A stretch of DNA of 32,830 nucleotides. Origin: Myxococcota bacterium. Its GTDB lineage: Bacteria; Myxococcota; JACRCW01. Shown here piece after piece: positions 8,401-17,713 of this stretch. Under the pieces are notes generated by a model. That model did not search any database, was not told where the DNA came from, and worked only from the letters and a program-made list of their open reading frames with translations. The DNA is taken from the NCBI GenBank assembly GCA_040752415.1, contig JBFMGU010000119.1:1-32830 (forward strand). The letters are read 5' to 3'. The translations under genes were made by a program, and so were the position numbers. Numbering within the stretch: the stretch's first letter is position 1; each line of letters starts with the position of its first letter.

Positions 8401-10170
8401 ATGGAAGACACCCTGAGAGCCGAACGCGTTCGCAAGATGCAGGAGCTGCGCAGCGCCGGCCTGGACCCCTACGGCAACGACTTCCGTCCCACCCTCACCG
8501 CCGCCGACGCCAAGCGCGCGCGCTTCTCCGCCAGTGAGGACGAGCTGAAGGTCCTCATCGAGGAGGGTCGCGAGGACACGCACCTGGTGACGGGCCGCGT
8601 GATGACCATGCGTGAGGTGGGCAAGGCCGTCTTCTGCACCATCCAGGACCGCACGGGATTCCTCCAGCTCTACCTGAAGGTGGATTACCTGGGTGAGGCG
8701 GGCCTGCAGTTCTTCAAGAAGCACGTGGACCTTGGCGACGTCATTGGCGCCTCCGGCGCGCTCTTCCAGACCAAGGTGCAGGCGCGCAACGAGAACGAGG
8801 GCAAGGGTCACGAGGTGACGCTGCTCGTCGGGGCCACCAAGCTGCAGGTGGTGGGTGAGTCCGCCGCGCCCACGTTCGCGCGTTCCATCCGCATCCTCAC
8901 CAAGAGCCTCCGTCCGCTGCCGGACAAGTGGCACGGCCTGTCCGACGTGGAGCAGCGCTACCGCCAGCGCCACGTGGACCTGGTGGTGAATCCCGACGCG
9001 CGGAACATCCTGCGTCGTCGGGCGCAGGTCATCTCCACCATCCGCAAGTTCCTGGACGCGCGGGAGTTCCTGGAGGTGGAGACGCCCATCCTGCAGGACA
9101 GCGCGGGCGGCGCCGCGGCGCGACCCTTTGTCACGCACTACAACGTGCTCAACCAGGACATGTACCTGCGCATTGCCACCGAGCTGCACCTCAAGCGGCT
9201 CGTCGTGGGCGGGCTGGAGCGCGTGTACGAGATTGGCCGCATCTTCCGCAATGAGGGCCTGTCCCGGAAGCACAACCCGGAGTTCACCTCCATTGAGCTG
9301 TACCAGGCGTACGCCACGTATGAGGATCTCATCGAGCTGACGGAGAACCTCCTCAACACCCTGGCCACCACGCTCAACGGCTCCGACGAGGTGACCTACC
9401 AGGGCAACGAGATGAAGTTCACCACGCCGTTCCGTCGGGTGACGCTGGGACAGGTGGTGGGTGAGCACCTGGGCAAGGGCAACCTGCGCGACATCCAGAG
9501 CGCCTCGCAGGGCCTGGAGCTGGCGCTGGGTCACGTTGTCAGCGACCTGGAGCCGCTCAAGCTGGTGCGCAAGGTGCTCACGCCGGAGGAGGAGAAGGCG
9601 GTCATCCCCGACGTGGCGGGCCTGGTGAAGGAGCACGGTCTGGAGGCCGCGGCCAACAAGGCCTTCGCCATCCACAAGAGCGACGTGAAGGGCTTCTACA
9701 AGCGCATTGGCGACGCCATCGACGCCACGCTGCCGCTGGAGCGTCGTCGGGACCTGGCGCTGTATCTGCTCTTCGCGGTGTTTGAGCACGAGATTGAGAG
9801 CACGCTCATCCAGCCCACGTTCGTGACGGAGTACCCCATCAGCGCGAGCCCGCTGGCGCGTCGCAAGGACGGGGACCCGGCGGTGGTGGACCGCTTTGAG
9901 CTGTTCTGCAGCGGCATGGAGGTGGCCAACGCCTTCAGCGAGCTCACCGACCCCCTGGACCAGCGTGGCCGCTTCGAAGCGCAGCTGCGCATGAAGGACC
10001 TGGGCGACGTGGAAGCGCAGCCACTGGACGAGGACTTCCTCTCCGCGCTGGAGGTGGGCATGCCGCCGACGGCGGGCGAGGGCCTGGGCATTGACCGCCT
10101 GGTGATGCTGATGACCAACAGTCCCACCATCCGGGAAGTGATTGCCTTCCCGCAGCTGCGCCGGAGCTGA
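8401..10170 (+). CDS. lysS: lysine--tRNA ligase (class II)
   Basis: Motifs 'YRQRHVDL', 'FLEVETPIL', 'GGAAARPFVTH', 'YLRIATELHLKRL', 'FRNEG..KHNPEF' and 'GMPPTAGEGLGIDRL'. Confidence 0.98.
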   Translation: MEDTLRAERVRKMQELRSAGLDPYGNDFRPTLTAADAKRARFSASEDELKVLIEEGREDTHLVTGRVMTMREVGKAVFCTIQDRTGFLQLYLKVDYLGEAGLQFFKKHVDLGDVIGASGALFQTKVQARNENEGKGHEVTLLVGATKLQVVGESAAPTFARSIRILTKSLRPLPDKWHGLSDVEQRYRQRHVDLVVNPDARNILRRRAQVISTIRKFLDAREFLEVETPILQDSAGGAAARPFVTHYNVLNQDMYLRIATELHLKRLVVGGLERVYEIGRIFRNEGLSRKHNPEFTSIELYQAYATYEDLIELTENLLNTLATTLNGSDEVTYQGNEMKFTTPFRRVTLGQVVGEHLGKGNLRDIQSASQGLELALGHVVSDLEPLKLVRKVLTPEEEKAVIPDVAGLVKEHGLEAAANKAFAIHKSDVKGFYKRIGDAIDATLPLERRRDLALYLLFAVFEHEIESTLIQPTFVTEYPISASPLARRKDGDPAVVDRFELFCSGMEVANAFSELTDPLDQRGRFEAQLRMKDLGDVEAQPLDEDFLSALEVGMPPTAGEGLGIDRLVMLMTNSPTIREVIAFPQLRRS

Positions 10171-10244
10171 GGGGGTTCTAGAACCTTCCGCCCCCTCGCC
10201 CGTTCAAGCACCAGCAGCCACCCCCGGGTGGGCATGGGCGCCAC

Positions 10245-12260
10245 GTGCACAACCTCCTTCCGTACGCACACACCGACGAAAAACTGTTCTCCCTGGTGCC
10301 CCTGTACCTGGTGGTCGCCATGTGGCTGCTGTGGTGGCCGCCGCTGGTGGCGGTGGTGCGCAGCAACCGGGAGCTGCCCTGGGGCCCTGGCCTCCTGTGG
10401 GGTCTGCTCGGACCCGTTGGCCTCCTGCTCCAACCCAAGCCCAAGCTCGAGGATCACCAGCGCGTCATCCGTTACCGCGACTTCCATCCGTGGGGCTGGC
10501 TCGCCGGCAGCCTCGTCGTGCTGATTGCCGCCGGGGGAACCACCGCCGGGCACATCTACTTCACGGGGAACACCGGTGAGTCGCTGCATGCGCCGCTGGC
10601 CATGGCGTTGGCGGTGGGTGGCGTCGTGGCGGGGTTTATCCAGAGCGTCATTGGTCGACGCGTGGGCTTCTTCGAAAACGTGGGAATCGTCTGGGTGTAC
10701 ACCCTCGGGACTGCCGCCGCGGGGAACTACCTGGAGCTGTTCTTCACCTACGGCACCACCACCGTCTTCCTCCTCACCATCATCCTCACCAGCGTCCTCA
10801 TCCTCATGACGGCGCTGCTGCTCGGCTCGTCCTTCGGCTTCCTCCTCACCGGCGACGGCGCGTGGTCCTTCTCCTTCAGCTACGAGAGCTGGATCGGACG
10901 TCGCTACCTGATGGCGCGTCGACGGAAGAGCTTTGTCAGCGTCATCACCTTCATCTCCGTGGCGGGCGTGACGGTGGGCGTGTGGGCCATGCTGGTGGTG
11001 CTCAGCGTCATGAGCGGATTCGAGGCGGACCTCAAGACCAAGATCCTCGGCGCCAACGCGCACCTCATCCTGCAGAAGGCCGGCGGGGAGTTCACCGAGT
11101 GGAAGGAGGTGCTGGAGAAGGCGCGCGCGCACCCGCACGTCACCGGGGCCAGTCCGTTCGTATTCAACGAGGTGATGTTGTCCTCGGAGAGCAACCTCAG
11201 CGGCGCGCTCATCAAGGGCGTGGACCCCACCACCGTCAACGAGGTGAGCGAGCTCCACAAGTCCATGGTGCAGGGCGGCTGGGGCGGCATTGCGGACCCC
11301 AAGACCATCCCCGACCCCGGCGCGCCCGAGCCCGACGAGGACCAGGCCGCCGCCGCCAAGAAGACCCAGGAGATCGGCGGGGAGAAGAAGCCCGACGAGG
11401 ACAAGAAGCCCAGCTCCATCATTCCCGCGTTTGGCATTGCGCCCCCGCCCATTGCCGAGGGCGCGGTGCTGCCGGGCATTGTGATTGGGCAGGAGCTGAG
11501 CCGGAACCTGCGCGTGTTCCTGGGGGACAAGATCACCGTCGTCAGCCCGGTGGCGGAGCTGGGGCCCACGGGTCCGGTTCCGCGCGCGCGCACCTTCCGC
11601 GTGGCCGCCATCTTCTACAGTGGCATGTACGAGTACGACTCGAAGTTCGTCTACATCGACCTCAAGGAGTCCATGAGCTTCTTCACCATGCGCGGCGCGG
11701 TCACCGGCCTGGAGCTCAAGGTCGACGACGTGGACAACACCACGCGCATCGGCCGCGAGATTGTGCAGACCCTGGGCGGCTTCCCCTACCGCACCCGCGA
11801 CTGGAAGGAGATGAACCGCAACCTCTTCGCCGCGTTGAAGCTGGAGAAGATTGCCATGTTCATCATCCTCTCCTTCATGCTCATCCTGGCCTCGTTCCTC
11901 ATCCTCTGCGTGCTCATCATGGTGGTGCTGCAGAAGGGGAAGGAGATTGCGATTCTCAAGAGCATGGGGGCCACGGATGCGTCGATCATGAAGATCTTCG
12001 TGACCTATGGCCTGGTCATTGGCGGGCTGGGGACGCTGATGGGGATGTGCATGGGCTACCTGAGTTGTCGCGCCATCGAGGCGTTCGGCATCGGGTTGGA
12101 CCCGGAGGTCTATTACATCGCCAACCTGCCGGTGAAGATGAACCCGGTGGAGTTTGCGTTGGTGGCGCTGGCGGCGGTGATCATCTCCCTGCTGGCCACC
12201 GTCTATCCGTCACTGCAGGCGGCGCGGCTGCGCCCCGTGGAAGGGCTCCGGTACGAGTAG
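10245..12260 (+). CDS. lolE: LolC/E-family lipoprotein-releasing ABC permease with N-terminal membrane extension
   Basis: Motifs 'IGRRYL...SFVSVITFISVAGVTVGV..LVVLSVMSGF', 'SGMYEYDS', 'DWKEMNRNLFAALKLEK', 'EIAILKSMGA' and 'YPSLQAARLRPVEGLRYE'. Confidence 0.92.
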   Translation: MHNLLPYAHTDEKLFSLVPLYLVVAMWLLWWPPLVAVVRSNRELPWGPGLLWGLLGPVGLLLQPKPKLEDHQRVIRYRDFHPWGWLAGSLVVLIAAGGTTAGHIYFTGNTGESLHAPLAMALAVGGVVAGFIQSVIGRRVGFFENVGIVWVYTLGTAAAGNYLELFFTYGTTTVFLLTIILTSVLILMTALLLGSSFGFLLTGDGAWSFSFSYESWIGRRYLMARRRKSFVSVITFISVAGVTVGVWAMLVVLSVMSGFEADLKTKILGANAHLILQKAGGEFTEWKEVLEKARAHPHVTGASPFVFNEVMLSSESNLSGALIKGVDPTTVNEVSELHKSMVQGGWGGIADPKTIPDPGAPEPDEDQAAAAKKTQEIGGEKKPDEDKKPSSIIPAFGIAPPPIAEGAVLPGIVIGQELSRNLRVFLGDKITVVSPVAELGPTGPVPRARTFRVAAIFYSGMYEYDSKFVYIDLKESMSFFTMRGAVTGLELKVDDVDNTTRIGREIVQTLGGFPYRTRDWKEMNRNLFAALKLEKIAMFIILSFMLILASFLILCVLIMVVLQKGKEIAILKSMGATDASIMKIFVTYGLVIGGLGTLMGMCMGYLSCRAIEAFGIGLDPEVYYIANLPVKMNPVEFALVALAAVIISLLATVYPSLQAARLRPVEGLRYE

Positions 12261-12263
12261 GTC

Positions 12264-12986
12264 ATGCGCGTCGAGATCAGCGGCCTGAAGAAGAGCTACT
12301 GGATGGACGGGCATGAGCTGCGCGTCCTCAATGGCGTTGACGTCCTCATCGAGCAGGGGGAGCTGGTGTCCATCACGGGCCCCTCCGGCGTGGGCAAGAG
12401 CACCTTCCTGCACATCCTGGGGACCCTGGACGTGCCCAGTGAGGGCCGCGTCCTCTACGACGGGGAACAGGTCTTCACGCGCACGCCCGCGGGCATCAAT
12501 GAGTTCCGCAACCGCAACATTGGCTTTGTGTTCCAGTTCCACCACCTGCTCCCGGAGTTCACCGCGTTGGAGAACGTGATGATGCCGGCCATGGTGCAGC
12601 GCATGCCCACCAAGCAGGCGCGTGACGCCGCGGGCGCCATCCTTGACGAGGTGGGGCTGGGGCACCGCGTGACGCACCGGCCGGGTGAGCTGAGCGGCGG
12701 TGAGCAGCAGCGTGTGGCGTTGGCGCGTGCGTTGATCCTGGAGCCCAAGCTGCTCCTGGCGGATGAGCCCACCGGAAACCTCGACGAGAATACCGGCGGC
12801 GCCATCCATGACCTGTTGTTCCGGCTCAATGAGCGTCGACGAATCACCGCGGTGGTGGTGACGCACAACACCGCGCTGGCGCACCGCATGCCGCGACGAC
12901 TGACGATGCTGGGCGGGCGCATCAACACGGACAGCGCGCATCCTGTGACCGCGGATGCGGCGCCGCCGGTGGCAGAGCCCGGCTGA
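12264..12986 (+). CDS. lolD: lipoprotein-releasing ABC ATPase
   Basis: Walker [10 protein letters not shown], the LolD motif '[20 protein letters not shown]', LSGGE and '[11 protein letters not shown]'. Confidence 0.95.
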   Translation: MRVEISGLKKSYWMDGHELRVLNGVDVLIEQGELVSITGPSGVGKSTFLHILGTLDVPSEGRVLYDGEQVFTRTPAGINEFRNRNIGFVFQFHHLLPEFTALENVMMPAMVQRMPTKQARDAAGAILDEVGLGHRVTHRPGELSGGEQQRVALARALILEPKLLLADEPTGNLDENTGGAIHDLLFRLNERRRITAVVVTHNTALAHRMPRRLTMLGGRINTDSAHPVTADAAPPVAEPG

Positions 12987-12993
12987 TTCTCCG

Positions 12994-13863
12994 TTGCGAC
13001 GACGTCAACCCAGGTTCCGCTGTTTCGTGGGGGTGGACCAGACCGGCGCGGTGATGCGCGGTGGGGCCGCGGCGCGACCGTTGAAGGCGGCGGTGGCGTT
13101 GGAAGAGGGACGCGGCGCGTGGCGGCTGCACGTTGACGCGCTGGAAGGACTGACGTCGGTGGCGCTCAACGCGCTGTTGGAGCGTGCGAAGGCGCCAGGC
13201 GGGGGCGTCGCGCTGCTCGTCGACTGCGTGCTGGGGCTTCCACGGGGGGTGTGGTCGGGGACGGGGGCGGATGCGTTGTGGGCGGTGATGCGGCGGTGCG
13301 CGGACGACGACGGGGGAAGGCCACGGTACGGGATGGCGCGGGCGGAGCGGTTCTTCGCGTCACTGCTGCCGGAGCATGCGCGGGGGACGCTGCCTCGTCG
13401 GGAATGCGAGCTGGTGGCGCGGTGTACCAGCGTGTTCCAGACGCGGCCGTTCCAGAAGAACATCCAGACGGGGACCTACCGGATATGGCGGGACCTGACG
13501 GAGGACCGGGCGCGGTGGGTCAACATCTGGCCGTTCGACGACGAGACGACGGCCATTCCACGCGCACCGTGGGTGTTCGAGAGTTTCCCCTCGTTGTTGT
13601 GGCGGACGTTGCTGGGTCTGCCCACGCGTGACCGGACGAGGCTGCGGAACGCGGTGAAGGATGCGTATGCGGCGCGGGGGATGACGCTGCGGACGCACCA
13701 GTGGTTGCGGATTCTCGACGACGCGGATGCGTCGGACGCTGCGGTGCTGGCGGTGGGTGGGCCCATGATGCAGCGCGAAGGGAGGCTGTGGACGCCGTTT
13801 GAGGCGTTTGACGACGTGGAGAACCTCAGGTCCGAGGGGTGGATCCTGGGGTTGAACCGCTGA
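12994..13863 (+). CDS. DUF429-like predicted nuclease (RNase H-like fold)
   Basis: 'FVGVDQTGA', 'LVDCVLGLP', 'FESFPS' and 'DASDAAVLA' parallel the DUF429 motifs (GxD, DxPxGxP, ExxP, DxxDA). The start is uncertain; an in-frame TTG at 12994 was chosen. Confidence 0.6.
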   Translation: MRRRQPRFRCFVGVDQTGAVMRGGAAARPLKAAVALEEGRGAWRLHVDALEGLTSVALNALLERAKAPGGGVALLVDCVLGLPRGVWSGTGADALWAVMRRCADDDGGRPRYGMARAERFFASLLPEHARGTLPRRECELVARCTSVFQTRPFQKNIQTGTYRIWRDLTEDRARWVNIWPFDDETTAIPRAPWVFESFPSLLWRTLLGLPTRDRTRLRNAVKDAYAARGMTLRTHQWLRILDDADASDAAVLAVGGPMMQREGRLWTPFEAFDDVENLRSEGWILGLNR

Positions 13864-13870
13864 CGCCCTT

Positions 13871-14195
13871 GGTTGGTGGTGAGAGTTGGGGCGGTGCCAA
13901 TGTGTCCCCCCCACCCGGCCGCCTTGCCGTTTTCCACGAGTTCTCGACGTGGCGGCCGACCTCCCCCACGGTGTGGGGAGGCGTAGATGTGCCGCCTCGT
14001 TTGGGCCATTTGCGTATGTGGGCGGCACGGGCTCAATGAGGCCTTGTGCCGCGCTCAGGTCACTGAGGACACCGGGCGCGGCACATCTACGCCTCCCCAC
14101 ACCGTGGGGGAGGTCCGCCGCCACGACGAGAAATTGGTGAGACCGGCAAGGCGGCGGGGTGGGGGGGCCAATGCGCCACCACCCCCACACCAACC
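13871..14195. repeat. long nested inverted repeat (REPIN/MITE-like)
   Basis: A perfect 38-bp IR (13958-13995 / 14078-14115) extends to 55 bp with 2 mismatches, and imperfectly to about 120 bp per arm. Contains internal hairpins. Confidence 0.88.
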
Positions 14196-15332
14196 TCACC
14201 CCGGCTGCAGCATCCGCTCCACGTCGGCGTCCGTCAGCGACAATCCCTCCGCACGCGCACTGGCAATCACCCGACGCGCGGCATCCTCGGAAATCACGCC
14301 CGACTTGAACAACCTGGCCGCCGCGTCCGCGTAGTTCTCGACGAGATGCTGCCCCTCGAACCGCGCCGGCTGCAGACTGCCGCGCTGCTTGTGGATCACC
14401 ACCGCCAGGATGCGGTCGGGGAACGCGTCCTTGATCTGCCGGTACACCTCGGGGTCCCGGTGACTGGTATCCCCGACGAGGACGAACTTCTTCCCCGGGC
14501 TCGCGTTGAGCGTCGCGGTGATGTCGCGAATCTTCTCCGGCTCCGCCACCCACGGCACCGCGCTGGTCCCCGTCTCGATGGTCCCCGCGGGCATCCCATG
14601 CGTGTCCAACCACGCCACCACCGGCCGCGCGCGCTCCGGGTTCCGCGCCGTCACATACGTGGTGTCCCCGGGCGCCCCATCCAGCGCCTCAATCTCGCGG
14701 AACAGCGCGGCCACGCCGGGGTATGGCGGTAGCATCGTCCCGTTGACCTCGGGCGGCAGGATGGTCTTGTCGATGTCCGAGACAATCCCGACGTCATTCC
14801 CGCCCTTCAACGCCTGCGCCGCGCGTTCCAGCTCCGCGCGCGTGAGGTAGTGGTTCCCATTGTCAAACTCGCGCGCCTTCTCCAGCAGCGCCTGCGCATC
14901 CACGCCGTGCGTGGTGACGACGTCATCCAGCACCCGTTCGCTGTACCGCAGCGCCGGCTCCGCCTCCGCCGCACGTCCACGCAACGCGGAGTACCCCGCC
15001 GACAAATCCGCCGGCAGCGCACGCGCCTCAACCCATGAGAGCCGCTTGTTGGCTCCCGCCGCGCCCTCCGCAGCCTCGAGCGCACGCGCGCGTTCCGCGG
15101 CCACCACGTCGGCAACCGTGGGCGCCTGGGACCCGGTGACGCTGGCCAACCTCTGCAGCGCCTCCGACGCCAGCTTCTCATTCCCCGTCAGGTTCCCGGT
15201 GTTCGCAGCCTCCTGCGCGTCCAGCCGTCCGTCGGCGCCGACAAGCGCTTCCGCGGCGGGCTTCACCACTTCCTTCGCCCACGCATCGGCGAACTTCGTG
15301 GGACTGGGAGCGGAACGGATGACGGGCGGCAT
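14196..15332 (-). CDS. App1/DUF2183-type HAD phosphatase (phosphatidate phosphatase-like) with N-terminal helical region
   Basis: Motifs 'IVSDIDKTI' (DxDxT), 'YPGVAALF', 'YVTAR' and 'FVLVGDTSHRDPEVY'. Start at ATG 15332 with a GGAGG SD. Confidence 0.7.
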   Translation of the reverse strand: MPPVIRSAPSPTKFADAWAKEVVKPAAEALVGADGRLDAQEAANTGNLTGNEKLASEALQRLASVTGSQAPTVADVVAAERARALEAAEGAAGANKRLSWVEARALPADLSAGYSALRGRAAEAEPALRYSERVLDDVVTTHGVDAQALLEKAREFDNGNHYLTRAELERAAQALKGGNDVGIVSDIDKTILPPEVNGTMLPPYPGVAALFREIEALDGAPGDTTYVTARNPERARPVVAWLDTHGMPAGTIETGTSAVPWVAEPEKIRDITATLNASPGKKFVLVGDTSHRDPEVYRQIKDAFPDRILAVVIHKQRGSLQPARFEGQHLVENYADAAARLFKSGVISEDAARRVIASARAEGLSLTDADVERMLQPG

Positions 15333-15438
15333 GGAACCTCCGTTGACGGTGGCGCGAATGGTCCCCACGCGCGCACACGCTTGTCAACGACGGCCCCCTC
15401 CGCCAACCGGCATCCAACGTCCGTCGTAGCTGTTGGGC

Positions 15439-16560
15439 TCAGGCCGCGCGCGCGGGCGCCGCTGTCGTCGTGGGCTCGAGGGCCTTGGCCTGCGCCAGCT
15501 CCGCCGCCCGCTTGCGCTCCGCCGACGTCAGGAACGCCACCGCGACGAGAATGAATCCCAGGGAAATCCAGTCCTCCGTCTTGGGAAGCTTCCCGCCGAA
15601 GAGCCCCGCGCTCACCAGCGTGGCCGTGGTCCCCGCAATCAACGACGTCAACCGGTTCACCAACCCTGCGAACGTGGCGGTGCGTCCCTTGAACATGAAG
15701 ATGAACACACTGAAGAACGCCACCACGCCAAACGCCGCGCCGGAGAGGATGGCGCCGGGCCACTGCGGCTTGGCGTCGGAGAACGCGCCGCGGAGCTGCT
15801 GCAGTTGCTTGGCCTCCCAGCCAAACCAATCCGGCGAGTTGAACAACATGCACGTGATGCCAAAGATGACCACGCTGGCCGCAATCTGCTCGACGGCGAA
15901 GAAGCCCTTGTTGTCCTGCTTCACGCCCTTGCCACGCGTGTTCTTGAAATAGTTCATGAGGTAGATGCGGATGGCGTAGGCGGTGATGTAGCTGGACAGG
16001 ATGGTGACCGCGGCGACGTTGGTCAGGAAGTCGAAGCCGCCATCGCGGGCCCACACCAGGTGCACACCCACCGCCATGAGCGCGAAGCCAATGGCGATGT
16101 CCTCCTCACGGTAGACCTTCTTGGTGAGGATGCCCTGGCGTATCTGCACCGCGTCGACGATGCGGCTGATGACGATGACGCTGCCGCGCATGATGACCAT
16201 GGCCACCATGACGGAGATGGGTAGCGAGTACATCAGCGTCGTGGTGGGAATGACCACGGCGGTGCAGACGCCGGAAGGGATGATGTAGAGGAACTCACTG
16301 GGGAAGCGCAGCGGGCCCCACTGGGTGGCGCTGTTGGACTCCAGCCGGTACCACCCCGCGGCCACCGCCACGACGAGACAGACCAGCGTTCCGCCGAACG
16401 TGCTGTAGACCAGGAACTCGATGTCATTCATTCCCGGGAAGCCCTTGTCGGCGGCTCCCAGGTAGTATTTCACGGTGACACCGGTGATGACGTAGAAGAT
16501 GAAGTACGCCACACACAGCTGGACGAGTCGGCCGGTACTCCCTTCCTCGGTTCGCCACAT
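15439..16560 (-). CDS. multi-pass membrane protein, DMT-superfamily-like transporter
   Basis: 373 aa with about 10 hydrophobic segments. The C-terminal 'LVSAGLFGGKLP..EDWISLGFILVAV' is typical of a DMT/EamA ending. Confidence 0.55.
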   Translation of the reverse strand: MWRTEEGSTGRLVQLCVAYFIFYVITGVTVKYYLGAADKGFPGMNDIEFLVYSTFGGTLVCLVVAVAAGWYRLESNSATQWGPLRFPSEFLYIIPSGVCTAVVIPTTTLMYSLPISVMVAMVIMRGSVIVISRIVDAVQIRQGILTKKVYREEDIAIGFALMAVGVHLVWARDGGFDFLTNVAAVTILSSYITAYAIRIYLMNYFKNTRGKGVKQDNKGFFAVEQIAASVVIFGITCMLFNSPDWFGWEAKQLQQLRGAFSDAKPQWPGAILSGAAFGVVAFFSVFIFMFKGRTATFAGLVNRLTSLIAGTTATLVSAGLFGGKLPKTEDWISLGFILVAVAFLTSAERKRAAELAQAKALEPTTTAAPARAA

Positions 16561-16638
16561 GAAGCGGGAACGTAGCGCAGGTTCATCATCCGGGCGAATC
16601 GGAGATTTGACGCACTGGGACGGACCAGGGCTGCGCCG

Positions 16639-17565
16639 TCAGCGGAGGCGGGCCACCTCCCGGTAGCACAGGCCAAACCGCACGCCCCGGTCCCCGACGA
16701 CAATCCGCGGCACGCCATACGCGCGCATGATGGATTCCACGATCATTGCCCCCGCGACGATCACGTCCGCCCTCCCCGGCTCCAGCGGCTTGATGGCCAG
16801 GCGGCCGGCGCTGGTCAGCTCCGCGAAGCGCCTCCGCAGCCCCTCGACGGACTGGATGGAGAGCGGTGCACCGTGGACCTGGGCTGCGTCGTAGGTGTCC
16901 TGCCCCAGGGCACACGCGGCCAACGTGGTCACCGTGCCTGCAATGCCCACCAGCGGCGTGCCCGGCTCCAACGGAGGACGCCGTTCCAGCGCGGAGTTGA
17001 TGTGGGCCTGCAGCGCGGCCAGCTCGTCGACGGTGGGCGGGTCATGCTTCAGGAAGCGCTCGGTCAGGCGCACGCTGCCAATGTCGACGCTGACGCGGCT
17101 GAGGAGCGAGTTTCCCTCGCCAATCATGACCTCGGTGGAGCCACCGCCGATGTCGAACACCGCCGTCTTCTTCCCCGCCTGCGCGAAGTCCGCGGCCACC
17201 GCGGCATAGGCCAGGCCCGCCTCCTCGTCGCCACTGATGATGTCCACGTGGAAGCCGGTCTGGGCCTCGATCTCGCGGGCAAACTCGCGACCATCCTCCG
17301 CGTCGCGCATGGCGCTGGTGGCCACGGCGACGAGGTGGGTGGCGCCCAGGGAGCGGGCCTCCTGCGCGTACTCTCCCAGACAGGTGAGCGCGCGCTGCTT
17401 GGCGCTCTCCGCCAGCCTCCGGGTCCTGTCCACGCCCTCGCCCAGCCGGATGATCCGCGCGCGATCCGCGAGAACCTCGACGCCACCGTCGTCGTCGGGG
17501 CGGGCCACCAGCATGAGGCAGGTGTTGGTGCCCAGGTCCACACAAGCCAACGGCGCGCGACCCAT
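16639..17565 (-). CDS. ppx: Ppx/GppA-family exopolyphosphatase (short form)
   Basis: Motifs 'VDLGTNT', 'RLGEGVD', 'ATSAMRDA', 'ISGDEEA', 'DIGGGSTE', 'GSVRLTE' and 'RADVIVAGA'. Confidence 0.93.
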   Translation of the reverse strand: MGRAPLACVDLGTNTCLMLVARPDDDGGVEVLADRARIIRLGEGVDRTRRLAESAKQRALTCLGEYAQEARSLGATHLVAVATSAMRDAEDGREFAREIEAQTGFHVDIISGDEEAGLAYAAVAADFAQAGKKTAVFDIGGGSTEVMIGEGNSLLSRVSVDIGSVRLTERFLKHDPPTVDELAALQAHINSALERRPPLEPGTPLVGIAGTVTTLAACALGQDTYDAAQVHGAPLSIQSVEGLRRRFAELTSAGRLAIKPLEPGRADVIVAGAMIVESIMRAYGVPRIVVGDRGVRFGLCYREVARLR

Positions 17566-17713
17566 CACGACTCCCTCCGCCTCCGCTCACGCGCGGCATG
17601 CGGTCCGGCCGGTGCTGTAATGCGTTTCCGACCACCGAGCCACGGATCGGTTGCCGGGAGCTTGCGTTTCCCCTGCCCTGCTTGGCACGGTCCGGGCCCG
17701 GAGAGGTCTTTCC

